NCBI GenBank assembly: GCA_964539765.1
Contig: CAZIJZ010000001.1
Coordinates: forward strand, 219,004 to 283,003
DNA length: 64,000 nucleotides
Direction of reading: 5' to 3'
Source of the DNA: an uncultured Smithella sp.
GTDB lineage: Bacteria; Desulfobacterota; Syntrophia; Syntrophales; Smithellaceae
Part shown: positions 58,028 through 64,000 of the stretch, piece after piece
Layout: each line of letters starts with the position of its first letter
Numbering within the stretch: the first letter of the stretch is position 1
Program-made: the position numbers and the translations under genes
The notes under the pieces: model-generated
Told to the model about the DNA's origin: nothing
The model's database searches: none
Seen by the model: only the letters and a program-made list of their open reading frames with translations

Positions 58028-58132
58028 AACCCTTCTTTCACTTTCCCTTTGCTTAAAATGTTGAATACCTATATAAAAGCATTCGAGATTTGTAAACAAA
58101 CTTTTGCTGGGCGCAACTTGATCGGAAAGACA

Positions 58133-59722
58133 ATGGAAATTAAAACAGATTTTCTTATTTTAGGCAGCGGCATTGCGGGCTTAAGCCTGGCCATCAAAGC
58201 CTCCACCCTTGGCAGTGTCGCCATTGTGACAAAAAAAGGAAAAACAGAATCAAATACCAACTACGCACAGGGCGGAATTGCCGCCGTTATTGATAAAACC
58301 GACAGCTTTGAAGATCATATCAACGATACTTTGATTTGCGGCGCCGGTCTTTGCAATACGGAAGTGGTCGATTTTATCGTTAAAGAAGCGCCGCCCAGAA
58401 TTCAGGAGCTTATTGACTGGGGCGTAAATTTTACAAAATCGGAAACAGATCCCCATGAATTTGATCTCGGTCGTGAGGGCGGCCATAACCGCAGAAGAGT
58501 GCTGCACGCCAAGGACTTGACCGGCCAGGAAATTGAGCGGGCGCTGAACGAAAAAGTTGCCGCACTGGAAAATGTGGCCATTTATGAAAACCACATCGGC
58601 GTTGACCTGATTATACAAAAAGATACCAAAGGCACTACGCTCAATTGTCTGGGAGCTTATGTCCTGGACATCAACCACTGTGAAATTCACACTTTCCGGG
58701 CAAAATATACAATTTTATGCACAGGGGGAGCTGGTAAAGTTTATCTCATCACAACAAATCCGGATATTGCGACAGGTGACGGCATTGCCATGGCTTATCG
58801 CGCGGGAGCTAAAATCGCCAATATGGAATTTATCCAGTTTCATCCCACGTGCCTCTATCATCCTGCCGCCAAAGCCTTTCTCATCAGCGAAGCCGTGCGC
58901 GGAGAGGGGGGAATTCTAAAATTAAAGAACGGATCGACTTTCATGGAAAAATATCATCCCATGAAAAGTCTCGCGCCTCGTGATATTGTGGCCAAAGCCA
59001 TCGACAACGAAATCAAGCAATCGGGTGATGAATACGTTCTGCTGGATATCACCCACCGCGATCGCGACTTTCTGATGAATCGTTTTCCCAATATTTACCA
59101 GAAATGTCTGGAATACGGCATTGACATTACCCTCCAGCCGATTCCTATCGCCCCTGCCGCTCATTACATCTGCGGCGGAGTCGCGGTTGACTATTACGGC
59201 AAGACGTCCATTGATAATCTGTTCGCCTGCGGCGAAGTGTCCTGTACCGGATTACACGGCGCAAACCGCCTGGCCAGCAATTCGTTGCTGGAAGCGATTG
59301 TCTATTCCCACCGTGTCTTTCTGAAAATTGCCAAATCGTTCCCGTGGACGCCGGAAAACGATGTCTTGATCTCTCCGTGGGACGCCAGCGGGACTACAAA
59401 AAGCGACGACAGCGTCGTGGTCACGCATAACTGGGATGAAATCAGACGATGTATGTGGAATTACGTAGGCATTGTCCGCTCTGACAAAAGATTGGAGCGG
59501 GCCGAGCGAAGGATAGACATGATTCAGCGGGAAATCCACGAATATTACTGGAATTATAAAGTAACGAAAGATCTTGCCGAACTGCGCAACATCACAACGG
59601 TGGCCAAACTTATTGTGATGAGTGCACGCGCCAGAAAAGAAAGCCGCGGACTGCATTACAATATCGACTATCCCGAAACACGCGACGAATTCAAAAAGGA
59701 CACCATTATTATTAAAGAATAA
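58133..59722 (+). CDS. nadB: L-aspartate oxidase
   Basis: 529 aa from ATG 58133 (DFLILGSGIAGLS FAD motif). AQGGIAA, HPT, RGEGG and GANRLASNSLLE motifs. Confidence 0.94.
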   Translation: MEIKTDFLILGSGIAGLSLAIKASTLGSVAIVTKKGKTESNTNYAQGGIAAVIDKTDSFEDHINDTLICGAGLCNTEVVDFIVKEAPPRIQELIDWGVNFTKSETDPHEFDLGREGGHNRRRVLHAKDLTGQEIERALNEKVAALENVAIYENHIGVDLIIQKDTKGTTLNCLGAYVLDINHCEIHTFRAKYTILCTGGAGKVYLITTNPDIATGDGIAMAYRAGAKIANMEFIQFHPTCLYHPAAKAFLISEAVRGEGGILKLKNGSTFMEKYHPMKSLAPRDIVAKAIDNEIKQSGDEYVLLDITHRDRDFLMNRFPNIYQKCLEYGIDITLQPIPIAPAAHYICGGVAVDYYGKTSIDNLFACGEVSCTGLHGANRLASNSLLEAIVYSHRVFLKIAKSFPWTPENDVLISPWDASGTTKSDDSVVVTHNWDEIRRCMWNYVGIVRSDKRLERAERRIDMIQREIHEYYWNYKVTKDLAELRNITTVAKLIVMSARARKESRGLHYNIDYPETRDEFKKDTIIIKE

Positions 59723-59739
59723 ATTTTAAAAAGCAGCGA

Positions 59740-61050
59740 TCAGGTTCCTGTTTTTTTATCCTTGAATACACGCTTAAAAATAAAATCCAGATTCTTCAAA
59801 AAGTTTTTGACATCGAAGATCGCCGTCAGATCTTTTTTACGCAGATATTTCTTGACGGTGGCATCATGCTCCAGCAGTTCTTGAAACGCGATTCCCTCCG
59901 CCCATGATTTCATGGCGTTTTGCTGCACAATCGCGTAAGCCGCTTCGCGGGACAACCCCTTTTCAATAAGCGCCAGCAAAACCATTTGCGAAAAAATAAC
60001 GCCGTGCGTCATATTCAGGTTTTCCAGCATCCGCTTCGGATAAACAACCAGCCGGTCCATCATATTGGCAAACCGGCTGAGCATGAAATCCAGTGCGATG
60101 GTCGCGTCGGGACCGATGACTCTTTCCGCGGAGGAGTGACTGATATCCCGTTCGTGCCAGAGCGCGACATTTTCCAGGGAAGCGACCGCGTAAGACCGGA
60201 CCAGCCTCGACAGGCCGGAAATGTTTTCCGAAAGCACCGGATTGCGTTTATGCGGCATCGCCGATGAACCCTTCTGGCCCGGAGAAAAATATTCTTCGGC
60301 CTCCCGGACTTCCGTTCGCTGCAACAGCCGTATTTCCTGCGCAAATTTATCCAGCGACGACGCGATGATCGCCAGCGTCGTAAAAAACTCCGCGTGACGG
60401 TCGCGCTGCACGATCTGCGAAGAAACAGGCGCCGGTTTCAAACCGAGCTTACTGCAGACATACTCTTCCACAAAAGGATCGATGAAGGAATACGTGCCGA
60501 CGGCGCCGGATATTTTTCCGTAGCTGATGGTTTCTTTCGCCTGTAAAAGACGCCGGCGATTGCGCTGCATCTCCTGGTACCACAGCGCCATCTTCAGTCC
60601 GAACGTAATCGGTTCCGCGTGAATACCGTGCGACCGACCGATCATCAGCGTATTTTTATTTTCCAGCGCTCTCTTTTTCAGGACCACCAGCAGCATGTCA
60701 ATATCTTCCAGCAGGATGTCGGCTGCTTCCTTCAACTGCACGGCGAAAGCCGTATCCAGAACATCCGAGGAGGTCATGCCCATATGAATAAAACGTCCGT
60801 CGTCCCCGACCTTTTCCGTCAGCGACGTCAGAAAAGCGATGACATCATGCTTGGTGGTTTTCTCGATTTCATCGATTCGACTGATGTTGATGGATACCTT
60901 GTCTTTTATATTCTTCAGCGATTTGCCGGGGATCTTGCCCAGTTTGGCCAGGGCCTCGCAGGCCGCCAGTTCCACCGCCAGCCACTTTTTGTATTTATTC
61001 TCCTGACTCCAGATTTCGCTCATTATTTCACGGGAATATCTCGATATCAC
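59740..61050 (-). CDS. purB: adenylosuccinate lyase
   Basis: 436 aa. MISRYSREIMSEIWSQENKYKKWL N-terminus (Bacillus-type PurB) and signature GSSAMPHKRNP. GTG start with AAGGAG 6 nt upstream. Confidence 0.95.
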   Translation of the reverse strand: MISRYSREIMSEIWSQENKYKKWLAVELAACEALAKLGKIPGKSLKNIKDKVSINISRIDEIEKTTKHDVIAFLTSLTEKVGDDGRFIHMGMTSSDVLDTAFAVQLKEAADILLEDIDMLLVVLKKRALENKNTLMIGRSHGIHAEPITFGLKMALWYQEMQRNRRRLLQAKETISYGKISGAVGTYSFIDPFVEEYVCSKLGLKPAPVSSQIVQRDRHAEFFTTLAIIASSLDKFAQEIRLLQRTEVREAEEYFSPGQKGSSAMPHKRNPVLSENISGLSRLVRSYAVASLENVALWHERDISHSSAERVIGPDATIALDFMLSRFANMMDRLVVYPKRMLENLNMTHGVIFSQMVLLALIEKGLSREAAYAIVQQNAMKSWAEGIAFQELLEHDATVKKYLRKKDLTAIFDVKNFLKNLDFIFKRVFKDKKTGT

Positions 61051-61221
61051 GTCGTTCTCCTTTGCGTGTTTTTAAATGATACTAATTTTTTTCGTTGGCG
61101 CTTTTCCGCAGATTATTATGACGACTTTACTCATCCGTCAAGGCCTATTATGAATGCTTTAATAATTGACAAAGAAGACATATCATTTTATGAAAGCCAG
61201 GAAGACCGGAGAGCAATCATC

Positions 61222-61884
61222 ATGACGGAATCACAGACAGCCGGACAATACAGTCCGATGGAAGAACTATTCAACAGCGTAACCCACGGCATCGGTATTT
61301 TAAGCAGTCTGGCCGGAATGGTGGTGCTGATCGTCTTCTCCAGCAGATACGGGAACGTGCATCACATCGTCAGTTGCACGATCTTCGGTCTGACGCTGGT
61401 CTTGCTTTACACCGCCTCAACGCTTTATCACAGTTTCAGAAAACCGAATTTAAAGCATGTATTCAAAATTTGCGATCATTCCTGCATTTATGTTCTGATC
61501 GCCGGAACCTACACACCGTTTCTGCTGATCACGATACAGGGCATCTTAGGCTGGAGCCTGTTTGCCGTCCTCTGGTCTTTAACGCTGGCCGGTATCTTAT
61601 TCAAAATATTCTTCGTCTATCGGTTTAAGATTGTTTCCACGATTGCCTATATTTTAATGGGCTGGATTATTATCATCGCGATCAAACCTTTATATCAATC
61701 CCTGCCCGAGGGAGGCCTTGTTCTGCTGGTTGCCGGCGGGCTGGCCTACACCCTGGGAACCATCTTCTACGCCTGGGAAAAACTCCCCTTCAACCATGCC
61801 ATCTGGCATTTATTCGTCCTCACCGGAAGCGCCTGTCATTTCTTCGCGGTCATACTTTACGTCATTCCCGTGAAGTCGATTTAA
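61222..61884 (+). CDS. hemolysin III / PAQR family membrane protein
   Basis: 220 aa from ATG 61222 (GGAGAG 8 nt upstream). Seven TM segments, NSVTHGIG, DHSCIY and HLFVLTGS motifs. Alternative start at 61150. The long upstream extension in the track is antisense to purB. Confidence 0.87.
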   Translation: MTESQTAGQYSPMEELFNSVTHGIGILSSLAGMVVLIVFSSRYGNVHHIVSCTIFGLTLVLLYTASTLYHSFRKPNLKHVFKICDHSCIYVLIAGTYTPFLLITIQGILGWSLFAVLWSLTLAGILFKIFFVYRFKIVSTIAYILMGWIIIIAIKPLYQSLPEGGLVLLVAGGLAYTLGTIFYAWEKLPFNHAIWHLFVLTGSACHFFAVILYVIPVKSI

Positions 61885-61972
61885 TCCTGCTAAATCAATC
61901 TTGAATTATCACCTCTTAAATGTTAGAACATCCAAACTACAAATGCAGATAAAAATCAAAAAGGAGATAAAC

Positions 61973-63661
61973 ATGCGCAAAGCTTTAATATATATATTGT
62001 TTATGGCACTGATTTTCCTGACAGCGGGAACCATCTGGGCCAAAGAAAAATATATGGTGACCATTCTGCCTTTCACCGTCAACAGCGCCGAAAATATCGA
62101 TTATGTCAAACACGGAATCGAAGAAATGCTTACTTCCCGCATATCCGCTGCGGAAAAAATCAACGTGACCCCCAAAAGCGACGTTCTCGAGGAGATGAAT
62201 AAATCCAAAATCAAAACCATGACAACGGACGGCGTTCTGGACATCGGCAAAAAATTCAAATCCGATTATGTCGTCTGGGGGAGTATCACCAAAATCGGAA
62301 ACAGCATCAGTCTGGACGCGAAACTCACCAACGTCGATCAGACCGCACCGGATACCGGCATTTCTTCACAATCACAAAGCCTCGATGACGTCATTCCGAA
62401 GATAAACGACTTTTCAGAAAGCATTCTTCACCATATTCTGGGGACCACGCCGCCTCCGCAATCGGAAACCGCGGCATCCGCCGGAAAACCGGCTCCGTCC
62501 CGTGAATCCCAGATCATCGCCGGCATGCGATCCGGCAACAAAAAGAGCGGCACCCTGACTTCCGTCATCAATACCGAATTTATAAACACCGCCCAGCCGC
62601 TGAATCGCAGGGATTTCTGGATGAGCCAGAAAATACCGTCGGAATTCAAGGGAATGGATATTGGAGACGTCAACAATGACAACCTGAACGAAATCGTTGT
62701 CATCGACAAAAACACCGTTTACCTGTATCAGAAAACCGGGAACGAGCTCAAATTACTGGAAAAAATCAAGGGACAATCCTACGACACTTACATCGCTGTG
62801 GACATTGCCGACATCAACAGAAACAGCACCCCTGAAATTATCGTGACTGCGATGAACGACACCTTCCTGAAGTCCTTTGTCCTGGAATTCAAGAACGGCA
62901 AATATGAAACGATCGCGTCCAATCTGCGCCTGTTTTTACGCGTTCTGGATACGCCGTCGGGAATACCTTTACTGCTCGGACAGGAGCACGGATTCAACAA
63001 ACCTTTCGACTCGCCGATTTACGAAATCACCTGGAAGGACGGCGCCTACGCAACCGATCAAAAAATGCAGATCCCGCTGGGCCTGTCGGTTTACGGGCTG
63101 AATATCGATAACCTGGGCACGGGAGGCGGCGAAAAAATATTTGCTCTGGATGAAATGGACTACCTCTACATTCTTGACAAAACCACAACTTCTCTGGGCG
63201 CCCTCGCCTCTTACGGCTTCACAAGCGACAAACTGATCTGGCGCAGCGACGACGTTTACGGCGGCAGCAACATTTACATTGAAAATCTGGATAAAAACAA
63301 TCCCGACGACCCCAAAGCGAAAAGCGCTTACGTCAACCTGAGAATTCTGACCGCGGACACCAACAAAGACGGCAAAAAAGAAATCATTATCGTGAAAAAC
63401 CTGTCGCCCGTCGGACGGCTGTTCAAACATTACAAAATCTTTACCGCCAGTGAAATATATAATCTCGAATGGGACGGCCTCGGCATGGCCGAAAACTGGC
63501 GGACGAAAAAAATCAACGGTTACGTGGCGGACTATGCGATCAAAGATGTTGACAATGACGGACAGCAGGAAATGGTGCTGGCGCTGGTCATGTCGGTCGG
63601 CGTATCGCTCCGGGAGAAGAGCGTGATCGTTGTTTACGAACTGGATGCAGCACAACAATAA
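61973..63661 (+). CDS. secreted FG-GAP/VCBS-repeat beta-propeller protein with TolB-N/LpoB-like N-terminal domain
   Basis: About 562 aa from ATG 61973 (AAGGAG 6 nt upstream). Signal peptide; N-domain YMVTILPFTVNS...DYVVWGSITKIGNSISLDAKL; Pro/Ser linker; repeats DIGDVNNDNLNEIVV, DIADINRNSTPEIIV, ADTNKDGKKEIII and KDVDNDGQQEMVL. Confidence 0.75.
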   Translation: MRKALIYILFMALIFLTAGTIWAKEKYMVTILPFTVNSAENIDYVKHGIEEMLTSRISAAEKINVTPKSDVLEEMNKSKIKTMTTDGVLDIGKKFKSDYVVWGSITKIGNSISLDAKLTNVDQTAPDTGISSQSQSLDDVIPKINDFSESILHHILGTTPPPQSETAASAGKPAPSRESQIIAGMRSGNKKSGTLTSVINTEFINTAQPLNRRDFWMSQKIPSEFKGMDIGDVNNDNLNEIVVIDKNTVYLYQKTGNELKLLEKIKGQSYDTYIAVDIADINRNSTPEIIVTAMNDTFLKSFVLEFKNGKYETIASNLRLFLRVLDTPSGIPLLLGQEHGFNKPFDSPIYEITWKDGAYATDQKMQIPLGLSVYGLNIDNLGTGGGEKIFALDEMDYLYILDKTTTSLGALASYGFTSDKLIWRSDDVYGGSNIYIENLDKNNPDDPKAKSAYVNLRILTADTNKDGKKEIIIVKNLSPVGRLFKHYKIFTASEIYNLEWDGLGMAENWRTKKINGYVADYAIKDVDNDGQQEMVLALVMSVGVSLREKSVIVVYELDAAQQ

Positions 63662-63665
63662 TTGA

Positions 63666-63694
63666 TTGACAAATTTTTCTGTCTTAGATATATC
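63666..63694 (+). promoter_or_regulatory. sigma70-like promoter for the CAT-anticodon tRNA
   Basis: TTGACA (63666-63671), 17-nt spacer, TATATC (63689-63694), about 45 nt upstream of the tRNA 5' end. Confidence 0.55.
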
Positions 63695-63738
63695 GGGCCA
63701 CCTGTTTAGGGCTCATTGAAAAATTCTTTGGACACCAA

Positions 63739-63815
63739 GGCGGTGTAGCTCAGTTGGTCAGAGCATACGGCTCATATCCGTAGTGTCCCTGGTTCAAATC
63801 CAGGCACCGCCACCA
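63739..63815 (+). tRNA. tRNA with CAT anticodon (elongator Met, or Ile2 if lysidine-modified)
   Basis: GGCGGTGTAGCTCAGTTGGTCAGAGCATACGGCTCATATCCGTAGTGTCCCTGGTTCAAATCCAGGCACCGCCACCA gives a clean cloverleaf. The paired G1-C72 end argues against initiator tRNA. Confidence 0.93.
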
Positions 63816-63938
63816 TTTCCCGACCTTGAATCAACAAGACCATTATTTTAATTCTGATTCCCCCCCGAAACCAATCGCCGGATTGATTCTTTAAGGTTTC
63901 CCTGCCGTAGAAAACATCGAAGGCCGGAGAAGAATACC

Positions 63939-63966
63939 TTGACATTCAAGCCCCATATTTTATATT
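63939..63966 (+). promoter_or_regulatory. sigma70-like promoter candidate reading out of the window
   Basis: TTGACA (63939-63944), 16-nt spacer, TATATT (63961-63966). The target gene lies beyond the window end. Confidence 0.3.
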
Positions 63967-64000
63967 GTGTAATAGAAATCAACAATTAATTTCATTATGG

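Noticed and set aside
60619-61221. 200-codon upstream extension of the hemolysin-III ORF (track start 60619)
   Set aside because: It lies entirely antisense to purB, and the translation is nonsense until the PAQR domain. An SD-supported ATG at 61222 gives a normal 220-aa protein.
62969-63658. 229-aa minus-strand ORF opposite the FG-GAP gene
   Set aside because: Shadow ORF. The plus-strand frame has a signal peptide, an SD and repeated FG-GAP motifs.

Overview
Mostly ordinary core chromosome from a moderate-GC, apparently anaerobic Gram-negative bacterium. Gene content and synteny look Desulfobacterota/deltaproteobacterial, but that is inference only. I can support about 56 protein-coding genes, 3 tRNAs (Cys-GCA, Gly-GCC, CAT-anticodon Met/Ile2), several intrinsic terminators and sigma70-like promoters, one gene remnant and one family of structured intergenic repeats. 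I saw no rRNA, CRISPR array, transposase, integrase-bearing island or prophage.

Most genes are housekeeping:
- hemL, gmd-fcl, atpZ-atpI-atpB, mobA
- the tightly packed cluster valS-nadC-birA-coaX-coaE
- mutL-miaA, rfbD-truA
- carD-yacL-ispDF-gltX
- pgsA plus tRNA-Gly/Cys, fsa, folK, dapA-dapB
- argBDFGH, xerC-hslVU
- miaB plus a bifunctional-nuclease gene, rsmA, tsaD, nadB, purB

Many ORF-track starts were re-placed by reading Shine-Dalgarno spacing (fcl, atpZ, cam, valS, SGNH, acd, yacL, dapA, dapB, argG, miaB, rsmA, tsaD, nadB, hlyIII and others).

I did not find a clear-cut novel multi-gene system. The best second-look candidates are:
1. An ~85-nt two-hairpin repeat family, tandem at 53.1-53.3 kb and dispersed at 17.3 kb.
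2. A stand-alone ~1420-aa fusion of two BcrAD/BadFG-type activase modules to dehydratase-like domains.
3. A low-GC-looking accessory islet at 22.4-27.4 kb. It holds an orphan GspE/PilB ATPase with an intact-looking MshEN c-di-GMP motif, a small-ORF / B12-radical-SAM / SGNH cassette, and a CoA-transferase scar.
4. A zinc-ribbon plus J-domain protein.
5. A Pat-type acetyltransferase split into two divergent genes.
6. A retropepsin-like protease in the position after mutL-miaA where hfq sits in E. coli.

All family calls come from motif recognition by eye. No database search was run.
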